The position numbers and the translations under genes are program-made. DNA of 64,000 nucleotides from contig OY969474.1 in NCBI GenBank assembly GCA_963700145.1, positions 128,001 through 192,000 on the forward strand. Reading direction: 5' to 3'. Below, piece after piece: positions 29,168 through 37,179 of the stretch (within the stretch, counting starts at the first letter, position 1; the number at the start of each line of letters is the position of its first letter). Source of the stretch: an uncultured Acidobacteriota bacterium (GTDB lineage Bacteria > Acidobacteriota > Thermoanaerobaculia > Multivoradales > UBA5704). The notes below the pieces were generated by a model. It had not been told where the DNA came from. It saw nothing but the letters and a program-made list of their open reading frames with translations, and made no database searches.

Positions 29168-29602
29168 ATGGCGGAAAAAGCCGAAAAGAGACCGGCGGAG
29201 GTGCTGCGCGAGCAGGCCCGCCGGCAGTCGTCGCTGCTCGTCACGCGGGCACGCGGGCAGGTGGAAGGTCTGGTGGCGGAGCGCAAGGACCAGGCGGCCG
29301 AGCGGCTGGACGCCCTCGCCGGCTCGCTGCGCAGCACGGCGAGCCGCCTGCAGGACACGCAGGTCGGGCCGCTGGCCCAGTACGCCGACCAGGCGGCTTC
29401 GCAGGTCGACCGGGTGACCGGCTACCTGCGCGAGCGGGACCTCGAGGGGCTGCTGGAGGACGTCGAGCAGTTCGCCCGCCGGCGCCCCGAGGTGTTCCTG
29501 GCCGGCACCTTCCTCGCCGGGCTGCTGCTGGCCCGGTTCCTCAAGAGCTCGGGCGAGCGGCGGGCCGAGAAGCCCGCCCGGCGCCGGGCCAAGACGGCGT
29601 GA
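29168..29602 (+). CDS. Small helical membrane-anchored protein (ElaB/YqjD/DUF883-like)
   Basis: DVEQFARRRPEVFLAGTFLAGLLLARFLKSS tail anchor. Confidence 0.7.
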   Translation: MAEKAEKRPAEVLREQARRQSSLLVTRARGQVEGLVAERKDQAAERLDALAGSLRSTASRLQDTQVGPLAQYADQAASQVDRVTGYLRERDLEGLLEDVEQFARRRPEVFLAGTFLAGLLLARFLKSSGERRAEKPARRRAKTA

Positions 29603-29610
29603 CGGAGGGG

Positions 29611-30015
29611 ATGACGATGGCGAAGCGTTCAAAGTCGAAGACGGCCGACCGCGAGCTCGACGACCTCGAGCTCGAGCTGGACGAGAGCGGCGGCGAGAAC
29701 GGCCGCAAGGGGCTACGTCAGCTGCTGGAGGAGAAGCCGCTGGCGGCGGGGATCGTGGGGCTCACGCTCGGGCTGCTGGCCGGGCTGACGGTCCCCGTCT
29801 CGCGGCGGGAGAACGAGCTGCTCGGCTCGACCCGCGACCGCCTGCTCGAAGAGGCGCGGCGCAAGGGGCGCGAAGCCCTCGACCGCGGCAAGGAGGCGGC
29901 GCGCGGCGCCGTCGCCCTGGCCGCCGGCGAGATCGCCGGCGCCGCGGCCAGCGTGGCGACGAAGCCGGCGCGGAAGAGCCGCCGGCGGGCGCCGCGGGCC
30001 ACGACGCCGGACTAG
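29611..30015 (+). CDS. Small membrane-anchored hypothetical protein (DUF3618/DUF883-like)
   Basis: RBS GGAGGG; EEKPLAAGIVGLTLGLLAG..P.SRRENELLG..RDRL. Confidence 0.65.
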   Translation: MTMAKRSKSKTADRELDDLELELDESGGENGRKGLRQLLEEKPLAAGIVGLTLGLLAGLTVPVSRRENELLGSTRDRLLEEARRKGREALDRGKEAARGAVALAAGEIAGAAASVATKPARKSRRRAPRATTPD

Positions 30016-31079
30016 AACAGGCCGAGCTGCGCGCCGGGTTCCGGCGGGCGGCGGAAAGCCGCGGTCGAGAGCTCCGGCCCCTCCTCCGGGTAGCCGAGCT
30101 TGCGGCAGCTGGTCTCGAAGAGCGCCCGCATCTGCTCGGCGAAGATCCCGTCCCCGCGCATCCGGCTGCCGAAGCGCGGGTCGTTGAGCCGGCCGCCGCG
30201 CAGGCTGCGGATGCGGTTGAGCACCTTGTCGGCGCGGTCGGGGTAGTGCTCGGAAAGCCACTGCTGGAAAAGGCCGGCCACGGCGCCTGGCAGACGCACC
30301 GGCAGGAAGCGGGCGGAGACCGCGCCGGCCTCGTGCGCCGCCTTGAGGATCGCCGGCATCTCGTGGTCGGTGAGGCCCGGGATGACCGGCGAGACCAGGA
30401 CCGCGCAGGGCACGCCCTGCGCCGTCAGGTCGGCGATCGCCTCCAGCCGCCGGCGCGGGTGCGCCGTCCGCGGCTCCATCCGCTGCGCCAGCTCGCCGTC
30501 GAGCGTCGTCACCGAGAGACAGACCAGCGCCGCATGGTCGCGCGCCAGGTCGGCGAGGAGGTCGGCGTCCCGCCGCACCAGCGCGTTCTTGGTCACGATG
30601 ACCACCGGGTTGCGGAACTCCGCCAGCACCTCCAGGCACCGCCGGGTCAGCTCCAGCTTCCGCTCGATCGGCTGGTAGCAGTCGGTGACCCCGCTCATGG
30701 CGATCACCTGCGGCGTCCACCGCGGCGAGGCCAGCTCGGCGCGCAGCAGCTCCGGCGCGTCCTCCTTGACCATGATCCGGGTCTCGAAGTCGAGGCCCGC
30801 CGAGAAGCCGAGGTACTCATGCGTCGGACGAGCAAAACAATAAAGGCAGCCGTGTTCGCATCCTCGGTACGGGTTGACGGAGGTCTCGAAGCCGACGTCG
30901 GGGCTGTCGTTGCGGGCGATGATGCTGCGCGTCGTGTCGCGCAGGTAGAGCGTCGGCACCCGGTCCGGCGGCGGCTCCTCGGCGTCGGTGAAATCGACCG
31001 AGAGGTGGGTGAAGCGGTTCGCCGGGTTCCCCGACGCCGCTCGGCCTTTGGGCGGCCCGGTGGGCGGTGCGCCGTTCAT
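30012..31079 (-). CDS. PA0069/Rv2578c-family radical SAM protein (SPL-like)
   Basis: NPYRGCEHGCLYCFAR, GVTDCYQPIER, C-terminal QLGLF; TAGAAT 7 nt before ATG 31079. Confidence 0.92.
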   Translation of the reverse strand: MNGAPPTGPPKGRAASGNPANRFTHLSVDFTDAEEPPPDRVPTLYLRDTTRSIIARNDSPDVGFETSVNPYRGCEHGCLYCFARPTHEYLGFSAGLDFETRIMVKEDAPELLRAELASPRWTPQVIAMSGVTDCYQPIERKLELTRRCLEVLAEFRNPVVIVTKNALVRRDADLLADLARDHAALVCLSVTTLDGELAQRMEPRTAHPRRRLEAIADLTAQGVPCAVLVSPVIPGLTDHEMPAILKAAHEAGAVSARFLPVRLPGAVAGLFQQWLSEHYPDRADKVLNRIRSLRGGRLNDPRFGSRMRGDGIFAEQMRALFETSCRKLGYPEEGPELSTAAFRRPPEPGAQLGLF

Positions 31080-31120
31080 CGCAGGCATTCTACCGCCTCT
31101 TTTACGCCTGCGCCAACGGC

Positions 31121-31310
31121 CGCGACCGTCGTGGAGGAGCTACGACCGCCGTGGACATGCCACGACCGTCGTGGAACCGCCACGACCCTCGCGGAGCGCC
31201 CGCGACCGTCGTGGAGCGCCCACGGCCGCCGTGGAGGGCCCACGGCCGTCGTGGAGCGCCTGCGGCGGTCGTAGAAGCTCCACGATCGTCGTGGAGCTCC
31301 CACGGCAGCT
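31121..31310. repeat. About 9.5 copies of a 20-bp palindromic tandem repeat
   Basis: Consensus CACGACCGTCGTGGAGCGCC; units start every 20 nt from 31121. Confidence 0.92.
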
Positions 31311-31315
31311 TCCCC

Positions 31316-33007
31316 CTACTTGATCTTCTTCCCCGGCACGTCCCGCCCGCCCTGGTGCAGCACCAGGCCGGTGGCCGTTCCCGCCCCGTCGACGACGAAA
31401 TCGACCTGCGCGTCCACCACCTCGAGGAAGAACCTGGTCTCGCTCTCGGCGAAGATCTCGAAGCGCGGCTGGCCGGTGGCCTGGGTGAAGAGCTTCTCCC
31501 CCTCCTGCGTCACCACGAGCGTGAAGCCCGGGAAGAGCTCGTACTCCCCGACGTAGCGCGCCAGGATCTCGGGCGCGATCCGCACCGCGGCGCGCTTGGC
31601 CGGCGGCACCTCGTCGGTCTTGACCGCCTCCTCGTCGCCCCCCTGGCGGTGGTGGAGGACCATGCCGGTCACCTTCCCGGCGGCGTCGCGCCGGAAGCTC
31701 GCCCGCTCGAACGAGTCGGGGTAGAAGAACTCGGTCTCCGAGAACGGCAGCGCTTCCAGCTTCTCGCTGCCGGTGCGCTGGGTGAAGAGGCGGTTCCCTT
31801 CGCGCGTCACGACGCGCGTCGTCGCTGCGTCGATGCGGTAGACGCCGGTGTAGCGGTCGAGCACCTCCGGGGCGAGCGCGACGACCGGCGGGTCCTCGAT
31901 CGACTCGCCGAGCGCCAGGAGCGCGACCTTGGTCGCCACCGTGTCGGGATCGGGCTCGTGCCCCAGGGCGTTCGAGAGCACCGCCACGAAGAGCCCCGCG
32001 CGCGGCTCGCGCAACGCGTAGCTCTGAAAGCCGTGGATGCCGCCGCCGTGCTCCTCGAAGTGGTGGCCGCGCCAGTCGCTCACCCCCCAGCCGTAGCCGT
32101 AGCCGGTGGTCTTGCCGTCAGTCAGCTTGGAGGACATCCAGGCGCGCGCCAGCAGCTCCTTCGGCAGGAGCTTGCCGCCGTCGAGCGCGGCGTTCCAGAG
32201 CGCCAGGTCGTCCACCGTCGAGACCAGCGCCCCGGCGGCGTAGGGCTGGGTCATGCTGAGGTACGAGGCGTTCTCCCATCCGGAAGGCGTGCGCTGGTAG
32301 CCCGCCACGCGCCCCGGGACGATCGGCGTGGTGTGCCCGTAGCCGGTGCGCTTCATGCCGAGCGGCGCGAAGATGCGGCTCCGCAGCAGCTCCTCGTAGC
32401 TCTGCCCCGAGGCCTTCTCGAGCACCGCGCCGAGGAGGACGTAGCCGGAGTTGTTGTAGAGCCACCTCTCCCCCGGCGCGAAGTCCATCGGCTGGTCCTT
32501 GAACAGCGCGACGAGCTGCTCCAGCGTCATGTCCTCGCGCCAGCGTGTCTGCCACTCCGGCAGCGACGTGTAGCTCTTGATCCCGGAGGTGTGGGTGAGG
32601 AGGTGCTCGACGGTGATCTTCTTGCCGTGCGTCGGGAAGTCGGGGAGGAACTTGGTGATCTCGTCGTCGAGCGCCAGCTTCCCTTCCTGAACGAGGAGCA
32701 GCGCCGCCACAGCGGTGAACTGCTTGGTCACCGAGCCGATGCGGAAGACCATCTCCGGCTCGATCGGCACGCCGAGCTCGACGTTGGCGAGCCCGTAGCC
32801 CTCGCGCAGGACGACTTGGCCGTCGTCGACGACGATCACCGCCGCCCCCGGCTCCTGGGCCGAGTAGGCGCTGCGCAGGTAGGAATCGATGCGCTGCGCG
32901 CGGTCGCCCTGCGCGGCGGGTGCGGCCGCCGGGGCTTGCGCGAACGAGGCGCCGGAGGCGAGGAGCAGGACGAGGGCGCCGGCGGCGCGAGTCCGGGGCC
33001 GGCTCAC
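31316..33007 (-). CDS. Serine hydrolase (beta-lactamase/AmpC family) with C-terminal DUF3471-like domains
   Basis: GSVTKQF (SxxK), LLTHTSG, YNN, HGG; GTG start overlaps the upstream TGA. Confidence 0.92.
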   Translation of the reverse strand: MSRPRTRAAGALVLLLASGASFAQAPAAAPAAQGDRAQRIDSYLRSAYSAQEPGAAVIVVDDGQVVLREGYGLANVELGVPIEPEMVFRIGSVTKQFTAVAALLLVQEGKLALDDEITKFLPDFPTHGKKITVEHLLTHTSGIKSYTSLPEWQTRWREDMTLEQLVALFKDQPMDFAPGERWLYNNSGYVLLGAVLEKASGQSYEELLRSRIFAPLGMKRTGYGHTTPIVPGRVAGYQRTPSGWENASYLSMTQPYAAGALVSTVDDLALWNAALDGGKLLPKELLARAWMSSKLTDGKTTGYGYGWGVSDWRGHHFEEHGGGIHGFQSYALREPRAGLFVAVLSNALGHEPDPDTVATKVALLALGESIEDPPVVALAPEVLDRYTGVYRIDAATTRVVTREGNRLFTQRTGSEKLEALPFSETEFFYPDSFERASFRRDAAGKVTGMVLHHRQGGDEEAVKTDEVPPAKRAAVRIAPEILARYVGEYELFPGFTLVVTQEGEKLFTQATGQPRFEIFAESETRFFLEVVDAQVDFVVDGAGTATGLVLHQGGRDVPGKKIK

Positions 33008-33555
33008 GACCGCGCCTCCCCGCCGTTCCACCCCATCCGTTCGCGCAGCGCGGTGATGTGGGCGACGTGGTGCCGCCCGTGCCAGGCGTAGACACCGAGG
33101 AGGTCGCCGATCGTCATCACCCCCCACTCCGGGTGCTTCCAGGTCCGGGCGAAGGCAGCCGGCGGCAGCGACCGCAGGCAGAGCACCCAGCGCTCGTGCA
33201 GGCTGTCGAGGAGGGCGAGCGAGACCGCGAGCGGCGCCGTCCGCGCCTCCGGCAGCTCCGCCCAGCGCGCCTCCTGGTAGGTGCGGATCGCCGGCTCCTC
33301 CTCGGTCAGCGCCAGCTTGCAGCGGACGTAGGCGTTGAGGTGGCTGTCGGGGAGGTGGTGGACCACCTGCCGCACCGTCCAGCCGCCAGGGCGGTAGGGG
33401 GTGTCGAGCTGCGCGTCGTCCAGCCCGGCGACGGCGGCGCGCACGTTCTCGGGCACGGCGGCGATCTCCTCGATCCAGCCGGCGCGGGTCTCGTCGGTCG
33501 TCTCCGCCGGCCGCCCGAAGCGGCCGATCGGGTAGCGCAGGTCGGGTTCGGACAT
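33004..33555 (-). CDS. YfiT/BstA-family DinB-fold thiol transferase
   Basis: DLRYPIGRF, YRPGGWTVRQVVHHLPDSH, YAWHGRHH. Confidence 0.92.
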   Translation of the reverse strand: MSEPDLRYPIGRFGRPAETTDETRAGWIEEIAAVPENVRAAVAGLDDAQLDTPYRPGGWTVRQVVHHLPDSHLNAYVRCKLALTEEEPAIRTYQEARWAELPEARTAPLAVSLALLDSLHERWVLCLRSLPPAAFARTWKHPEWGVMTIGDLLGVYAWHGRHHVAHITALRERMGWNGGEARS

Positions 33556-33561
33556 CGGCTC

Positions 33562-34608
33562 TCAGCCTCCTTCCCAGTCCCAGAAGAGATCCTTGTTCGT
33601 CAGCTCCGGCTCCTCGACCGGCAGCTCCTCCGGCGCCAGCTCGCCGCGGATCGCGGCGAGCTGCTCCTCCAGGTCGCCGGTCTCGCGCTGCCAGTAGTCC
33701 TCGGTGCCGAAGTGCGGCCAGGCGGCGGGGAAGGCGGGGTCGTGCCAGCGGCGGGCGAGCCAGGCGGCGTAGTGGATGATCCGCATGCCGCGCAGCGGCT
33801 CGACGAGCACGAGGGTCGACCGGTCGAAGGCACGGAAGCGCTCGTAGCCTTCGAGGAAGCGCTCGCGCAGGCCGGCGGTCCAGCGGTCGCGGCCGGGGAG
33901 CGCGAGCCAGAGGTCCTGCACCGCCGGGCCCGCCGCCATGTCGTCGAAGTCGAGGAGGCGGAGCACGCCGTCGCGCAGCAGGACGTTGCCCAAGTGGAGG
34001 TCGGCGTGGATGCGGTGGACCGGGACGCCAGTGAGCGCCCGCTCGGCCAAGTCGGCGATGGCGTGCGCCGCCGCGAAGTAGCGGCCGGCGAGGCCGCGCG
34101 GCACGACGCCTTGGTCCTCCATCCAGGCGAGCTCCTGCCGCACGTAGACCCCCGGCTCCAGGCGGATGCGGTGCGGCGCCTCCCGCCGCGCGCCGACGTT
34201 GTGCATCCGCGCCACGATCATCCCCAGCCGCTCGGCGAGCGGCGCGTCCAGCTCGTCGGGGGCGCGGCCGCCGCGCCGGTCGGCGAGGCTGTACCAGATG
34301 TTCTCGATCCGCCGCAGGGTGCCGCCGCCGGGGAACTCGCGCATCGTGCAGACCGGCAGCTCCTCGGCGGCGAGGTCGTCGAGGAAGCGGTGCTCGTCGA
34401 GGATCTGCTCCTCGCTCCAGCGCTCCGGCCGGTAGAACTTGGCGACGACGCGCGAGCGGTCGGCCAGCTCCACCTCGTAGACCCGGTTCTCGAACGAGTT
34501 GAGCGGGTAGCAGACCGGGTTGACGGCGAGGCCGCCGGCCTCGACCGCGGAGAGCACCCGCTCGGGGGTCAGCGCTAAGAAGAGGTCAGTGGCGTCTTCG
34601 GCGGACAC
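33562..34608 (-). CDS. srkA: SrkA/RdoA (YihE) family Ser/Thr kinase
   Basis: LNSFENRVY, KFYRPERWS, IHADLHLGN, DFDD, GPAVQDLW, RRWHDPAFP. Confidence 0.9.
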   Translation of the reverse strand: MSAEDATDLFLALTPERVLSAVEAGGLAVNPVCYPLNSFENRVYEVELADRSRVVAKFYRPERWSEEQILDEHRFLDDLAAEELPVCTMREFPGGGTLRRIENIWYSLADRRGGRAPDELDAPLAERLGMIVARMHNVGARREAPHRIRLEPGVYVRQELAWMEDQGVVPRGLAGRYFAAAHAIADLAERALTGVPVHRIHADLHLGNVLLRDGVLRLLDFDDMAAGPAVQDLWLALPGRDRWTAGLRERFLEGYERFRAFDRSTLVLVEPLRGMRIIHYAAWLARRWHDPAFPAAWPHFGTEDYWQRETGDLEEQLAAIRGELAPEELPVEEPELTNKDLFWDWEGG

Positions 34609-34629
34609 CCGCCGAATGTAGCAGAGCGA

Positions 34630-35379
34630 CTACAAGTGCCTGCGCACCCACCTCGCCTTCCGCATCCTTCGCTCGACCGTCCGCACCATGCGGCGGTAGG
34701 CGCGGCTGTCGCTGCCCGGGTGCCAGCTCCGCGGGCGGGGCAGGGCGGCGGCGAGCTGCGCCGCCTCGTGCTCGGTCAGGCTGCGCGCCGACTTGCCGAA
34801 CCAGTGGCGGCTGGCGGCCTCGGCGCCGTAGATCCCCGGACCCCACTCGACGACGTTGAGGTAGAGCTCGAGGATGCGCCGCTTCGACAGCTCGCGCTCG
34901 AGCTGGGCGGTGAGCAGCGCTTCCTTGACCTTGCGCAGCGGGTTGCGCGACGGCGAGAGCCAGAGGTTCTTGGCGAGCTGCTGGGTGATCGTCGAGGCGC
35001 CGCGCGGCACGGTCTTCTCTTCCAGCGCCTTGTCGAGCGCGGCGCGCAGCTCGCGGCGGGAGAAGCCGTCGTGGGAGAAGAACTCGATGTCCTCGGCGAC
35101 GACGACGGCGTGCTTCAGGTTGCGCGAGAGGCGCGAGCCGGGGACCCAGCGCCAGGAGACCTCGCGCTCCGGCCCCAGCCCGAGCCAGCCGCCGCGCCGC
35201 CAGCGCTCGATGAAGGCGGTCGTCTCCGGCGGCTCGCCGGCGAGCGCGTCCACGTCCGGCCAGGTGCCGATCTGCCAGCCCAGCCAGAGCGCACCGGCCG
35301 CGACCGCGATGCCGAAGAGGCGCGCGCACCCGCGCCGTTTCCGGCCCTCGCGCGGCGCCGCGTACGGGGGTGCGACCAT
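34630..35379 (-). CDS. mtgA: Monofunctional peptidoglycan transglycosylase
   Basis: AEDIEFFSHDGF, RGASTITQQLAKNL, KRRILELYLNVVEWG. Confidence 0.93.
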   Translation of the reverse strand: MVAPPYAAPREGRKRRGCARLFGIAVAAGALWLGWQIGTWPDVDALAGEPPETTAFIERWRRGGWLGLGPEREVSWRWVPGSRLSRNLKHAVVVAEDIEFFSHDGFSRRELRAALDKALEEKTVPRGASTITQQLAKNLWLSPSRNPLRKVKEALLTAQLERELSKRRILELYLNVVEWGPGIYGAEAASRHWFGKSARSLTEHEAAQLAAALPRPRSWHPGSDSRAYRRMVRTVERRMRKARWVRRHL

Positions 35380-35414
35380 GAAGGCCGGCAGCTTAGCAGC
35401 GCCTCGCCGGGACT

Positions 35415-35452
35415 CCCTCCCCCGCGAACAGCGGGGGAGGGCCGGGGAGGGG
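35415..35452. repeat. REP-like family 2 hairpin
   Basis: ccctcccccgc-gaaca-gcgggggaggg followed by ccggggagggg. Confidence 0.6.
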
Positions 35453-35551
35453 GTATCGAAGTCAGTGCAGTAAGGTCGTTGACGCGACACCCTCCGCGCG
35501 ACCCGCAAGGTCCGTAGCCTCTTCAAGGTCGCCCGAGTTCATACTCCCGGT

Positions 35552-36574
35552 GTGCCGCCGATCACCGTCCCGCTCCACCTCCCCGAGCTGGCGCCCGGCG
35601 CCTGGCTCCAGGGGCCGGCGGTCTCGCTCGCCTTCGCGCGCGGCGCCGTGGTGCTGGTCGATTTCTGGGAGGCGACCTGCGTCAACTGCCTGCGCGCGCT
35701 GCCCTACACCGTCGCCTGGCACCGGCGCTACGGCGGGCGCGGGCTGGTCGTCGTCGGCGTCCACACGCCGGAGTTCGAGCTGACCAAGGACCCGGCGGTG
35801 GTGGCCGCCGTGGCCCGCGAGCTGGGGATCGAGTACCCGATCCTCCTCGACGACGACCGCCAGACCTGGAGCCGCTTCGCCAACCGCTACTGGCCCGCCA
35901 AGTACCTGGCCGACGCGCGCGGCTACCTGCGCTACGAGCACTTCGGCGAGGGAGCGTACGGCGGGACCGAGCGCTGGATCCAGACGCTGCTGCGCGAGGC
36001 CGGCGACACGGGGCCGTACCCCGAGCCGCTGGCGCCGCTCCGGCCGGAGGACGCGCCCGGCGCGGTCTGCCACCCGGCGACCCGCGAGCTCTACCTCGGC
36101 TACCACCGCGGGCGGCTGCTGGCGCCCGAAGGCTACCGCCCGGAGGAGGAGGTGCGGCACGCCGGCCGCCCGGAGCCGGCGCCGGAGGGGATGGCCTCGG
36201 CGCGCGGCCTCTGGCGCCACGAGGCCGAGTACCTGGAGGCGCGCGAGGCCGGGGCCGAGCTGGAGCTGCTGTTCGAGGCCGCCGGGGTGCAGGCGGTGGC
36301 GGGGCCGGCGGGAGAGCTGGAGGTGGAGCTGGACGGCGCGCCCGTGCCCGCCGCCTGGCGCGGCGAGGACGTCGTCGAGCGCGACGGCCGCACGGTGGCG
36401 GTCTGGGAGCGGCCGCGGATGATCCGCCTTCTCGCCGGCGCCCCCTTCGCCCGCCGACTCCTCCGCGTCCGCGCCCTTCGCCCCGGCGTGCGGCTCTACA
36501 CCTTCACCTTCACGAGCTGCCTGCTGCCGGAGGCGGAGAGCGGTCAGCTCCCGGCGGGCGTCAGCCGCCGGTAG
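35552..36574 (+). CDS. Redoxin-domain protein (DipZ C-terminal-like)
   Basis: DFWEATCVNCLR, GVHTPEF, NRYWPAKYL, HFGEGAY, LYTFTF. Confidence 0.88.
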   Translation: MPPITVPLHLPELAPGAWLQGPAVSLAFARGAVVLVDFWEATCVNCLRALPYTVAWHRRYGGRGLVVVGVHTPEFELTKDPAVVAAVARELGIEYPILLDDDRQTWSRFANRYWPAKYLADARGYLRYEHFGEGAYGGTERWIQTLLREAGDTGPYPEPLAPLRPEDAPGAVCHPATRELYLGYHRGRLLAPEGYRPEEEVRHAGRPEPAPEGMASARGLWRHEAEYLEAREAGAELELLFEAAGVQAVAGPAGELEVELDGAPVPAAWRGEDVVERDGRTVAVWERPRMIRLLAGAPFARRLLRVRALRPGVRLYTFTFTSCLLPEAESGQLPAGVSRR

Positions 36575-37146
36575 TCGTCCGGCGTGTCGACGTCGTCCAC
36601 GACGCCGGGGTCGTCGACCTCCACCTCCAATAGCGCCTCGGGATGGCGGTCGCGGAGCTGGCGGAGGCCGACGGCGGGGTCGAGGGTGGAGACCTCGGCG
36701 ACGAGCGACGGAGCGATGAGCAGCGGATGGCCCCGGCGGCCGCGGAAGACCGGCTCGACGAGCCCGGCGCCGCTCTCCGCCTGGCGGGCGAGGAGATGCG
36801 CGACGGTCTCGGGGCGCAGCGCCGGCAGGTCGGCGGGGCAGACCAGGAGGGGCCCGCGGCCGACGAGCCCCGCCGCGCCGCCGAAGGCCTCGATCCCGGC
36901 CAGCACGCTCCACAGCATGCCGCGCTCCGGCGCCGGGTTGAGGGTGAAGCCGATCCCCTCCTGCGCCGCCCACTCGCCGAGCCCCTTGTCGTCGGGGTCG
37001 ATGACGACGACCACCTCGTCGACGCCGCCGGCACGCAGGGCCGCCACCACGGCGCCGATCATCGTCTCCTCGCCGTAGGGGAGGAGGAGCTTCGGAAAGC
37101 CCATGCGGCGCGAGGCGCCGGCGGCGGGGAGGACGGCGACGGGCAT
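36544..37146 (-). CDS. MocA-like molybdenum cofactor cytidylyltransferase
   Basis: AAGASRRMGFPKLLLP, GMLWS, PADLP, GRRGHP, DVDTPDDY; near a xanthine-oxidase-family operon. Confidence 0.85.
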   Translation of the reverse strand: MPVAVLPAAGASRRMGFPKLLLPYGEETMIGAVVAALRAGGVDEVVVVIDPDDKGLGEWAAQEGIGFTLNPAPERGMLWSVLAGIEAFGGAAGLVGRGPLLVCPADLPALRPETVAHLLARQAESGAGLVEPVFRGRRGHPLLIAPSLVAEVSTLDPAVGLRQLRDRHPEALLEVEVDDPGVVDDVDTPDDYRRLTPAGS

Positions 37147-37179
37147 GCGGCATTATGCTCCGCGGCGAGGAGCACCCGC

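Noticed and set aside
31121-31310. CRISPR or coding interpretation of the 20-bp array
   Set aside because: No spacers, and the period is not a multiple of 3
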